DNA of 64,000 nucleotides from Octopus bimaculoides (lineage: Eukaryota). The DNA lies in contig NC_068985.1 of NCBI RefSeq assembly GCF_001194135.2, positions 114,144,954 through 114,208,953 on the forward strand, in the 5' to 3' direction. Both the position numbers and the translations under genes were made by a program. Every line of letters starts with the position of its first letter. Position 1 is the stretch's first letter. A model generated the notes under the pieces. That model saw only the letters and a list, made by a program, of their open reading frames with translations. It was not told where the DNA came from and searched no databases. Below, piece after piece: positions 49,992-61,431 of this stretch.

Positions 49992-50132
49992 GGCTTCTTC
50001 CAGTTTCTTTTAACCAAATCTCACTCGCAGGTGTTTGGTTGGTGAAGAAGCCATAGAAGACACTTGCCCGAGGAGATACACACTGTGACTGAACCCCAAA
50101 CCATGTGATTAGGAAACAACCCACGCAGCCAT
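49500..50132. mobile_element. Family-V module (+, about 49500-49800) back to back with a CORE-type SINE (-, about 49810-50132)
   Basis: ttggcattaggaagggcatccagccatag; gacacttgcccgagg...ctgaaccccaaaccatgtgattagg. Confidence 0.6.
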
Positions 50133-50594
50133 GTCTGTAGTGCTATTAGAGAGTGGAATTAATTACCAAATTACCAATCCTAAGGACTTTTGAGCTTGTG
50201 AAAGGGGTGGGTTAGCATTTTAGTATCTCACCAATCAATACGATATAGTATTATACCGATGACAGTCTTTTCTGCTGACAGACACTTTAATAGAAATATC
50301 TAGTAATTTATTTCTCATAAATACAACCAATTTAAAGTGAACATAAACACTAAAGGTGAACGGTTCACCAGGTCTTCAAATTTTGACCTTTACTATGCCG
50401 CAGGTAACTGTGGTCACAGTATTGTTTTATTATGTTATAGCACTGTCACTAACCTGGGTCATCGACTAAATGAAATTTGAAGCATTCATCACTACTGTAG
50501 CTACTGCAGCAGTATAGAGAAGGAAACAATGACATCATTGTTGTTGGCGGAGGTGATTGTCATCTGCGTAATGTGATGTTATAAAGCAGCATGC

Positions 50595-51537
50595 TAAAGG
50601 TTAAGCTAGTTATAAAAGTAAATCATTAATGGAACCAGAGTCACTAAAGATACATGGCAGTGTTCAGACAATATAAGTCTATCATCTGATAGAAGAAGAG
50701 TCACTGGTTCAAATCTCACCACTGGCAGNNNNNNNNNNNNNNNNNNNNNNNNNNNNNNNNNNNNNNNNNNNNNNNNNNNNNNNNNNNNNNNNNNNNNNNN
50801 NNNNNNNNNNNNNNNNNNNNNNNNNNNNNNNNNNNNNNNNNNNNNNNNNNNNNNNNNNNNNNNNNNNNNNNNNNNNNNNNNNNNNNNNNNNNNNNNNNNN
50901 NNNNNNNNNNNNNNNNNNNNNNNNNNNNNNNNNNNNNNNNNNNNNNNNNNNNNNNNNNNNNNNNNNNNNNNNNNNNNNNNNNNNNNNNNNNNNNNNNNNN
51001 NNNNNNNNNNNNNNNNNNNNNNNNNNNNNNNNNNNNNNNNNNNNNNNNNNNNNNNNNNNNNNNNNNNNNNNNNNNNNNNNNNNNNNNGTGTGCTTGCTAT
51101 TTAAAAGGGCTCAGGTTCATCCTTGTAGATCACTAAAGGTTAAGCTAGTTATAAAAGTAAATCATTAATGGAACCAGAGTCACTAAAGATACATGGCAGT
51201 GTTCAGACAATATAAGCCTATCATCTGATAGAAGAAGAGTCACTGGTTCAAATCTCACCACTGGCAGTGTGCTTGCTATTTAAAAGGGCTCAGGTTCATC
51301 CTTGTAGATCACTAAAGGTTAAGCTAGTTATAAAAGTAAATCATTAATGGAACCAGACTCACTAAAGATACATGGCAGTGTTCAGACAATATAAGCTTAT
51401 CATCTGATAGAAGAAGAGTCACTGGTTCAAATCTCACCACTGGCAGTATGCTTGCTATTTAAAAGGGCTCAGGTTCATCCTTGTAGATCATTAAAGGTTA
51501 AGCTAGTTTCACTGGTTCAAATCTCACCACTGGCAAT
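50595..51537. repeat. 179-bp tandem array (at least 3 sequenced units plus a gap of about 2 units)
   Basis: taaaggttaagctag starts at 50595, 51134, 51313 and 51492; units differ at single bases (aagtct/aagcct/aagctt). Confidence 0.9.
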
Positions 51538-51894
51538 GTTAATTAAATGGGGCCCAGACTCATTCTTATGGATCAATCTTTAGCCATCTTAATTTGTAGT
51601 TTAAGGAACTAGAATTAACCGTTTTGTTTATCATGTTCCTCTTGAAAGACATTGCCATTGTTTCAATGAAAATAATGAAGAAATTAGTAAAATAACATTG
51701 TCATTATTAAGCAGGTGTTTGGGATATACATTAATTTTGATGGAAAATTTTAAGTTTAAATCACTTTAAATCAAACTTCATATCATAGAAACATGGGTAG
51801 TCTGACTGAGGCAGGTCTGTATCAAAGACAAGCAGATGCTTTTTTATCGATATACTAAAGAAGTAGATACTTTTTAATGGATCATTCATCATCA

Positions 51895-52200
51895 TCATCA
51901 TCATCATCATCAATGTTTAACGTCTGCTTTCCATGCTAGCATGGGTTGGATGATTTGACTGGGGACTGGTGAACCAGATGGTTACATCAGGCTCCAATCT
52001 GATTTGGCAGAGTTTCTACAGCTGGATGCCCTTCCTAACGACAACCACTCCGAGAGTGTAGTGGGTGCTTTTACGTGCCACCGGCACGAAGGACAGTCAG
52101 GCGGTACTGGCAACGGCCACACTCAAAACGGTGTATTTTACGTGCCACCTGCACAGGAGCCAGTCCAGTGGCACTGGCAACGATCTCGCTTGAATGACTT
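51895..52200 (-). mobile_element. Young family-V SINE module
   Basis: ttccatgctagcatgggttgga...gctggatgcccttcctaacg...gcggtactggcaacggccacactcaaaacggtg. Confidence 0.85.
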
Positions 52201-53581
52201 TTCAGCTTAGCATCAATAATTATGTAACAATAAAGTCATCATTCACCATTTTAACATCCTCATTNNNNNNNNNNNNNNNNNNNNNNNNNNNNNNNNNNNN
52301 NNNNNNNNNNNNNNNNNNNNNNNNNNNNNNNNNNNNNNNNNNNNNNNNNNNNNNNNNNNNNNNNNNNNNNNNNNNNNNNNNNNNNNNNNNNNNNNNNNNN
52401 NNNNNNNNNNNNNNNNNNNNNNNNNNNNNNNNNNNNNNNNNNNNNNNNNNNNNNNNNNNNNNNNNNNNNNNNNNNNNNGGCCACACTCAAAACGGTGTAT
52501 TTTACGTGCCACCTGCACAGGAGCCAGTCCAGTGGCACTGGCAACGATCTCGCTTGAATGACTTTTCAGCTTAGCATCAATAATTATGTAACAATAAAGT
52601 CATCATTCACCATTTTAACATCCTCATTCACCATTTTAACATCCTCATTCACCATTTTAACATCCACATTTCCATGCTTGCATGAGTTGGACAGATTTAT
52701 TAAAGCATCTTCGCTACAGCCAAAAGCTCTTCCTTGTCACCTACCCTTACCTTTTTCTAAATAAGGTAATATTCCTCTATGACTAGACATGGTCTCACAG
52801 AATAATGGAAATGAATGACTTCAGAAGTGAGCATTATCATTGCAGTGGTCAGGGTATTACACATGCCATGATGAAATACTACCACTTCTGTAGTTTCTTT
52901 GCTCATAAGGGTGGCATAAGGTATGTGTAAGTATAGGAGGTAACAAACCAAATTTTCCTGGACTTTGTGTGACTTTATCCTCTATTGCTACTCTTCATTA
53001 ATGTTTTTACTGCTAAAATCAAGCCATCTACTCAAAATTTCATAAACATTAACAAGGGAAAGCAGTTTTATATACCAAAATACCTCTTTTATATACAAGG
53101 GGTAGCTGAAAAGTTCCTGGCTGTAACCCTCATGACAATGGTATTTTTATCAGGTAACTAGGTTGCACTGACAGTAATTATCTTGGCAGAGATCAGTAAT
53201 TAGTGCATGACAATGGTTCAGCATATATCTATGTCAACTGCTTCATAGCATGCACTGTTTATTTATGTAAACTTTCATCCCTGCGAGGACTGTAAATTCA
53301 ACAAAACTGGTGAAGCTGGAGGCGACCGTAAATTCCATGAAAGACCAGAAGAATTTGCTGAATGTGTACGAATTTGATAGGAAGTCATAGTCAAAATGGC
53401 AGTGTAACTGCCAAAACTGCTGCTTTTCTACTATTATGGTGATTAAGTCTCGAACTGGGTTGGAAAATTTTACATGAAGAATAGTCTAACAAACCTATCA
53501 GATTCCTTGAAATTTGCACGGTGACCTTTATTATTGATTCTGTGAGTGATAGTGGATATATATATATATATATATATATAT

Positions 53582-53834
53582 GGTCCGTGGGAAGAGCCAT
53601 TTTAACGATGCGTCCTGCCTTACTCTTCGAAACGCGCCTGTGTTAGAATGGGGGCAGCTGATGAAGGAAAATGTTCTCTATGTGGCTTGTGTGTTTTCTT
53701 TACTCTGGTGATTATCATTTTTTGTCTATGTTTTCTTTGCAATGTCCTGTACCTAGATATGCACCTATACATACAGGTAGACGTAGGTATGCACATACCT
53801 GTATGTATATATGCATATACTCATTTATTATTTG

Positions 53835-53850
<16 letters not shown>
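53582..53850 (+). mobile_element. Penelope-like repeat, family A (most complete copy)
   Basis: ccgtggGAAGAGcc...CTCTTCGAAACgc...gcagCTGATGAAGgaa...; (TA)n on both sides. Confidence 0.65.
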
Positions 53851-53876
<26 letters not shown>

Positions 53877-53971
53877 TAATAATAAGGGTGATAAATTAGA
53901 TATTAATTTAATTAACACCAATTTAAAACCAGTGGCCTAGCAGAAAGAAAATTCTGAAAATTCAGAAAAAT

Positions 53972-54288
53972 TATATTACATACATATGAGAAGGGATGAC
54001 CACTAAGTGGACATCTATTATGCTAGAAATAGACCATCTACAGTCAAACCACAAAAGAAAAGAATGTTCTCCAGGGAAATTCAGCACACACCAGAACATG
54101 AACAAGACAAAAGAAAATATACAAAAAATGACTAATTCTTTATTTTTGTACATTTTCATTTGTCTTGTTCATGTTCTGAATTTCCCTGGAGAACATTCTT
54201 TTCTTTTGTGGTTTGACTGTTGATGGTCGATTTCTAGCATAAAGGATGTCCACTCAGTGGTCATCCCTTCTCACATGTATGTAATATA
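53972..54288. repeat. Long foldback: about 146-bp arms, 15-nt loop
   Basis: 53972-54127 versus 54143-54288; about 8 mismatches plus a 10-nt insertion in the left arm. Confidence 0.9.
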
Positions 54289-54709
54289 TATATATATATT
54301 ATATATACATCAACCAGTACACAAACAGGTACAAAACTGCTGCAGATAGGGTTGTGTATATTCTCATCTGATTCAAAGCAAGTACATAGGGCATGTAAAT
54401 TTATGTCAACTGATGTTATGGGTTTATAGGTATCGCAAAAGACCTGGTTGGAGGCCCAACCTTCTGAGTTCTTTTACAGGGCTTAGAAAAACTGGAGGAC
54501 AGCTGCAATAAGTGAATGAATCTGAGAGAGGAATAGGTTGATTAAAATCCTAATTAACTGATCCCCCTGTATTTTTTTTAAATCCAAAACCAGGAACTTT
54601 TTAGCACCCCTTCGTATATATAAAACAGCATGTAATCTATCGAAATATATACATCTATATATATTTATATTCAAGAGTATGTATGTATCCGTGTGTGTGA
54701 GTGTATATT

Positions 54710-54741
<32 letters not shown>

Positions 54742-54782
54742 TCTATATCTACCTATTGATCACAGCATCTCTCTCTCTCTCT

Positions 54783-55039
54783 CATATATATATATAAATA
54801 ATACAAATAATAAATGAGTATATGCATATATACATACATGTATGTACATACCTACATCTACATGTATATATAGATGCATATCTCGGTACAGGACGATGCA
54901 AAAAAACGTGGACAAAATGGTAAACAGAGTACAGAAAACACACAGGCCACATAAAGAACATTTCCTTCATCAGCTGCCACCATTCTAAAACTAAGCGTTT
55001 CGAAGAGTTAGGGCAGGACACATCGTTAGCATGGCTATA
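54783..55039 (-). mobile_element. Penelope-like repeat, family A, inverted copy
   Basis: tttccttcatcagctgccaccattctaaaactaagcgtttcgaagag. Confidence 0.65.
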
Positions 55040-55087
55040 NNNNNNNNNNNNNNNNNNNNNNNNNNNNNNNNTAACATTTACTTTACC

Positions 55088-55126
<39 letters not shown>

Positions 55127-55328
55127 TTGATCCTTTATATTGAACACTCAATATTTCATCTACATTCAATACTTTCTTTCATGGTGCCATCCATTTTTAT
55201 TTTATTTTATATTATATATTGTATATTATATTATATATTGTATATTCCATATTCTATACCCCACATTGGTTCTGCAGGAATATAAATAAAACATAAAAAA
55301 CAGACAGTGTTGGAACTCTTTTAAACAA

Positions 55329-55363
<35 letters not shown>

Positions 55364-55434
55364 TAGATAGATAAGGTCCAACCCATGCCAGCATTGGCAA
55401 CAGACGTTAAATGATAGTGGTGATGATGATTGTA

Positions 55435-55660
55435 TGTGCCTTATCTTCGAAACGTCAGGTTAGAATAGGGGCAGCTGATGAAGGAATATTCCAAGTGGCT
55501 TTCCGTTTTCCTATGTGCTCGTTCTGTTGTCTGTAGTTCATTGTTCTAATGTCCTGTACCCTGATATGTATATATATACACATGTAGATGTAAGTATGTA
55601 CATTTATGTGTGTATACATGTATACATATTCTTTGTATTATTATTATTATATATATATAT
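55435..55660 (+). mobile_element. Penelope-like repeat, family A (subfamily 2)
   Basis: tcttcGAAACGTCaggttagaataggggcagCTGATGAAGGAATATTCC. Confidence 0.6.
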
Positions 55661-56021
55661 ATACACACACACAGCTGTATCTATACAAAATGTGTATGTG
55701 ACCTCCTGAGTCAGGACAAGAATGGGAATGTAGAGAATGCTCACTGATTAGATTTAAGGTCATTCCCTGACCTAAATAATTTACTGAATGAATCTCTTTC
55801 CCTGGCTTCCTCACTCTCTTTCAGCTGTCCTACTCTTTGCAATACGTAGGTGTGTAATAAAAAACAAGCTTGTGGCTGATGGAAGGCGGCTGTGTGTTGG
55901 TGTGTCAACTATTTGAATTAATTATATAAGCAGAAACAAAGATTTTAAAGTTTGCACACCAACACACACACGTGATCAACTATATAAAGCATTCAATACT
56001 ATGTGTGTCTAAGTGCATGAC

Positions 56022-56060
<39 letters not shown>

Positions 56061-56077
56061 ATGGTGATATATTCGTT

Positions 56078-56287
56078 TTTACTCTTTTACTTGTTTCAGT
56101 CATTTGCCTGTGGCCATGCTGGAGCACCACCTTTAGTCGAACAAATCGACCCCAGGACTTATTCTTTGTAAGCCTAGTTCTTATTCTATCGGTCTCTTTT
56201 GCCGAACCGCTAAGTTACGGGGGACGTAAACACACTAGCATCGGTTGTCAAGCAATGTTGGGGGAACAAACAGACACACAAACATAT

Positions 56288-56320
<33 letters not shown>

Positions 56321-56345
56321 CATACATATATATATACAATGGGCT
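56078..56345 (-). mobile_element. Young CORE-type SINE 3' half (C1 tail)
   Basis: Nearly identical to 46808-47045. Confidence 0.8.
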
Positions 56346-56600
56346 TCTTCATACATATATACATACATATATATATACGATGTGCCCCCTTCCTATACAT
56401 TACACATACACACACACATATACATACATGCACATACATATTTATATATGGAGGGAAAGACCAAGTTCTGCAAGTTTCTATAAAAGTGTGTGCATTGGGT
56501 AATAAAACAACACATACTACACCACCACCCCCACTGGCATCGCCCCCACCTGCTACCGCTGCTAGTATCATCACATATATGCAAGAAAGATAAACAGTAA

Positions 56601-56809
56601 AAGCAGATTCTGTTGTGTCTGGGGAGAGTCCTTTTCTTATCGTGCCTTAAAATTTAACACACTCACCGTTAAAATTTCCAATTATTATTTTTATTTTCCT
56701 AAAATTTTCGTTGCGTCTTGCAACCTTTTCAATAGTCTTGACGGTGAGTGCGTTAAATTTTAAGGCACGATAAGAAAATTACTCTCCCCAGACACAACAC
56801 AATATGCTT
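56601..56809. repeat. MITE/foldback: 59-bp core arms, 71-nt spacer
   Basis: 56611-56669 versus 56741-56799, 3 mismatches. Confidence 0.9.
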
Positions 56810-56884
56810 CAACACACGAACTCACATAAAAAATCTTGCAAACCAAATCCAAAAACGAAGTAAAAGCAGAAATATTCTTTTTAA

Positions 56885-57092
56885 TTATAGGCAGAAGGTC
56901 TGCAAATTTTGAAGCAGGGGGTAAGATGATTGCATCATCAACTCCAGTGCTCTATTTGTACTTATCTTATCGATCCCAAATGGATAAAGGGCAAAGTTGA
57001 CCTATGTTCCCGAAATAAAGGCATAAAGCCAGAAGAAATGCCACTAAACAAATTGCCTGGCGTACTAACGATTCTGCCGGCTCACTGCCTTC
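56885..57092 (-). mobile_element. Family-M SINE
   Basis: taggcagaaggtctg...ggataaagggcaaagttgacc...ctaacgattctgccggctcactgcc. Confidence 0.65.
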
Positions 57093-57375
57093 AGTGACAG
57101 TTGAAACAAGGAGAGTAACTTTGAGCTGTAAAGAGATGTGCCTGTGGGGAAATGTCTTGTGTTGACCTACCACCTAATCCCGGATATCCAGGAAGATATT
57201 TACCTTGTGTTCATGTCCGGTCTTTACTGTGTGCTCTCTTATGTTATGTAGTTAGTGGGGGTTGGGGTGAATGGTGTGTGCGTGTGCATATGTACATATG
57301 TGTATGTGTGTGCATATATGTGTCTATGTGAGAGAGAGAGAGAGAGAGTGAGTGAGTGAGTGAGTGAGTGAGTGA

Positions 57376-57431
<56 letters not shown>

Positions 57432-57745
57432 TGTAAGTCACCTGCATTTATGTATATGTGTGCATGTGAGTATGTTTGCATGGAGTGTTGTCACCTACAT
57501 TTATGTATGTGTGTGCATGTGTGTGTGTGTGTGTGTGTGTGTTTGTGTGAATATGTGTTTCCGTGTGTGAGTGAGTGTGTGTATTGTGTATTTGTAGCAT
57601 AGAGACAGAATGTTACCTGCATTTATGTGTGTATGTATGTGTGGCATAGAGTGTATGTCACTTGCATTTGTGTGTGTGTGTGTGTGTGTGTGCATGTGTA
57701 TGCACAAGCTGTATGTCACCAGCATTTGTGTTGTGTGTGTGTGTG

Positions 57746-57979
57746 TTATTTCTTTACTACCCACAAGGGGCTACACACAGAGGGGACAAACAAAGACAGA
57801 CAAACGGATTAAGTCGATTATATCGACCCTAGTGCGTAACTGGTACTTATTTAATTGACCCCGAAAGGATGAAAGGCAAAGTCGACCTCGGCGGAATTTG
57901 AACTCAGAATGTAGCGGCAGACGAAATAGCGCTAAGCATTTCGCCCGGTGTGCTAACGTTTCTGCCAGCTCACCGCCTT
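57746..57979 (-). mobile_element. Young full-length family-M SINE
   Basis: Near reverse complement of 20727-20961. Confidence 0.9.
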
Positions 57980-58254
57980 AGTGTGTGTGCATGCGTATGC
58001 ACAAGCTGTATGTCACCAGCATTTGTGTTGTGTGTATAACCTTCATTTCTCTACATGTGTGTGAGTGCATATATTTGTGTGTGTGCATGAGAGAACAGTC
58101 ACAGGTGGTGTACAGAATGCATGCCATATCTGCAAGTTATATATGGGTGGTGGGTGAATGTATATATATCGAATGTTTGTGACTGAGGAGAGAATGTTTG
58201 TATAGATTATTTTAGTCTTAGTATTTTTTATGACGGCTGATAAAAGAACACACA

Positions 58255-58321
<67 letters not shown>

Positions 58322-58639
58322 TCTGTGTCAAAGAAGAAATAAGACCATTTCCAATCATCCAGATAAACTCAAGGTGTACACAGTAACTACTAATTAAGCT
58401 GTTTTATTGTAATCCCATCACAGCCATCTCACATTAGCCTAGTTCTCAACAAGATAAAATAAACACTGTAGGGATCTATCATTACAATTTATGATCTACC
58501 TTTATAATTCAAGATTTACCATTATCTTTATACATGTGTTGGTTATTAACTGTCAGGTCAATGCACCCTTCAAAATTTCTGTTTCTCCAGCATTAATCCT
58601 AATGTACCTATGTACTCTTTCCTTTTTTTATGGCTCTTC

Positions 58640-59015
58640 TATTTTTATTATCTTACTTGTTTCAGTCATTTGACTGTGGCCATGCTGGAGCACCACCTTG
58701 ATGGGTTTTAGTTGAACAAATTGACCCCCTCCCCCAGGACTTATTTCTTAAGCCTAGTACTTATTCTATCAGTCTCCTTAGCCAAACGGCTAAGTTACAG
58801 GGTTGCCAAGTGATGATGGAGGACAAACACAAAGACACACACACACACACATATATATACATACAAAACAAGTTCTTTCAGTTTCCATCAATCAAATCCA
58901 CTCACAAGGCTTTACTCAGCTTGTGGCTATGGAAGAAGACACTTGCCCAAGGTGCCACAAAGTGGGACTGAACTAAGAACCATTAGGTTGGGAAGCAAGC
59001 TTCTTACCATATAGC
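58640..59015 (-). mobile_element. CORE-type SINE
   Basis: ttacttgtttcagtcatttgactgtggccatgctggagcacc...cttgcccaaggtgccac. Confidence 0.75.
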
Positions 59016-61009
59016 CACAACTGTACCTATACACTTTTTTGTCTTTCTCTGTTTTATTCTGTGTACAGTTGTTGCACTTTTGAATTTCACTGCTGGTATT
59101 TATGTTTGAACATAAATTAACATAAAATTTTGACTGAAGGTTTTTTAATTTAGTCTTTTAGCATTTAAATTGGCTCAAGATCCTGCTCCCCACACCCACA
59201 CTACAATGTCATTCTAAAAATAAACAATCACATCTTTGAAATCTCAAAGCTATGAAATCATACATTATTAGTTCAAAACAATGTAGATAAATAGGCATGA
59301 CATTTGGCAGGGGGTATGTGTCTTAGTGGTTAGGGTGTTGCCAGCACAATTGCAAAACCATGGTTCCAATTCTCAGACCAAACAGTTAATTGTGTTCTAA
59401 ACAAAACACTTTATCACATATTCTGTGATCACTTTGACATCTGACATATTGTGCACCTGTTCAGGCAATGTCAATTTGATGAAAAGCATTAGCTAATATG
59501 CAGAACAAACATTTGATCACAATAAACAAAGAATTTGTGCAGGGTGTTGAAGAAATTGCAGAGTGCCCATCTATTGTCTTTAACAGTGAAGAACACACTT
59601 GACAGAATAATCTGAATGCTAAAGGGTTAGACCACTTTAAACAATGAAATCTGCATCCTATAACAAAGGGCATTCTCAGGAGTATTGGAACTAAAAGGGC
59701 TAACTGAATACGTCATTGAAGATAATTCACTGGCCATCAAATTACAGAATGTTAACATAAAATTCTTTTATTCTCCAACTTACTTCAGCCATTGAACTGC
59801 AGCAGGGCTGGGGTATCACTTTGAAGGGTCCAATCTAGGTATAGGCAACCCCTTTTAGAGAAGTGGGTTGCATGAGACATGGATCATCACCAGGTTGATA
59901 GAAATACAAAACATATTCAAGCTAATATAAAGCTATTCATATAACTCCTTTGAAGTTGAAAACGAGTGGAGGGGATTAAAAAATTTGTCACCATTTGTGC
60001 AAGCAAGGCTTGTGCGGTTAAGAAGCTTGCTTCCTATCTGTAAGGCCTTGGGTTCAGTCTCAATGCACAGCACCTTGAGTAAGTGTCGTCTAGAATAATC
60101 TTGTGTCAATCAACACCTTGTGAATAGATATAATAGACAGATACATACATGTGTATATATGGAATTATATTTTATATATGATTATAATGAGTCAACTTTT
60201 AACTGCAATAATATGAGTTTGAATGTTGATGAAACAATTGTAAATTTACATAATAAAACAACTTGCTCACTCCATTCTCATTGGAGATAATTATATAAAT
60301 GCAATGGATATTTAAAACCCGATTTGAAAAATGTCAATCTTCAAATTAAAGGCATGTCTGATAGCCTGTATCTGCTGTTGAGCTTAAAAGAGGGAACTCC
60401 AAGGTTAACATCTAAAATTTATATATCTGTGTGTGTGTGTTAATCTGCAAATATCGCTTGACAACTGGTGTTGGTTTGTTTATATCCCTGTAACTTATTG
60501 TAGCAAAACAATACAACAAAATAAGTACTAGAAATGGAGAAAAAAAAAGGAGTGGGATCATTTTGTTCAAATAAACCCTTCAAGTACAATACAAAGGATA
60601 AGTTTAATGAATATTTCACAAGAAAGGAATAGTCCAACAGTTTTCACGAAAAGTTTAAACTTTGATCCAACCATCCATCCACCCTTCTCCAGGAATGATA
60701 AATGGAAAAAATAAAATAAATGGTTGCAAAAGAGAAGTAACTAAATAATACAATATACATTCATGTCCCAAGTCAGTTATGATACTCCAAATGATCTTAT
60801 ATCCAAAATTAATCCTAACCCATTGATAGTTTTATCTTTACTTACAGACAAAGCTAACTTAGAACCAACCATATTTTCTACCATAGTCATTCTTGCTTTG
60901 TTTCTTTTATTACATTTTTTCTGACATTATAGTATGTTTTCAAGCCGCCAATGAAGATTATCAGGGTGTGTAGTAGTAGTAGTAGTAGTAGTGACGGTGG
61001 TAGTAGTAT

Positions 61010-61048
<39 letters not shown>

Positions 61049-61149
61049 CAGCACCACCAGTACTAGTAGTAGTAGTAGTAGTAGAATTAGTAATAGAATT
61101 AGTTGTTGCTTTAGCCTTCATTAGCCTTATTCAACTAAAACATACATAG

Positions 61150-61371
61150 CCCTTTAGCACTCAAACCGAGTATATCCGGTACAAATATTCCACCAGTTTC
61201 ATGTTCAAACTGACCAGATGAAGCCTCTCACACCTAATTTTACTATGTCATTCTAAAAATAAGCAACCACATCATCGAAATCTGAAAGCTATGAATTAAT
61301 GTATGATTAATTCAAAACAAATGCGAATAAATAAGCATTGCATTTGACAGGGTAATCTGTATGCTAATGAG
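61150..61371. mobile_element. piggyBac-like MITE (CCCTTTAGCA TIR, TTAA); partial relatives at about 27443-27605 and 59130-59290
   Basis: ccctttagcac...atgctaatgag|ttaa; shared internal tgtcattctaaaaataa. Confidence 0.55.
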
Positions 61372-61431
61372 TTAAAAAGATTCCACCTGCAACTAAACCT
61401 TTCCCCACTCACTCACACATGATAGTGTAAA

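Larger units (their letters stand above)
53096..54614 (+). mobile_element. Decayed mariner element with nested insertions
   Basis: TA-flanked TIRs caaggggtagctgaaaagttcctggct and (reverse complement) cgaaggggtgctaaaaagttcctggtt. About 54445-54545 gives TWLEAQPSEFFY and LEKLEDSCNK*MNLREE*VD*, the mariner C-terminus. Confidence 0.6.

Noticed and set aside
50595-51537. Regularly spaced repeats as a possible CRISPR-like array
   Set aside because: The entire 179-bp units are repeated, with no unique spacers, and the context is eukaryotic.
52116-52627. Exact duplication of about 150 bp either side of an N gap (also 44650-44787 and 8588-8690)
   Set aside because: This is a typical unmerged contig overlap in a scaffold, not biology.
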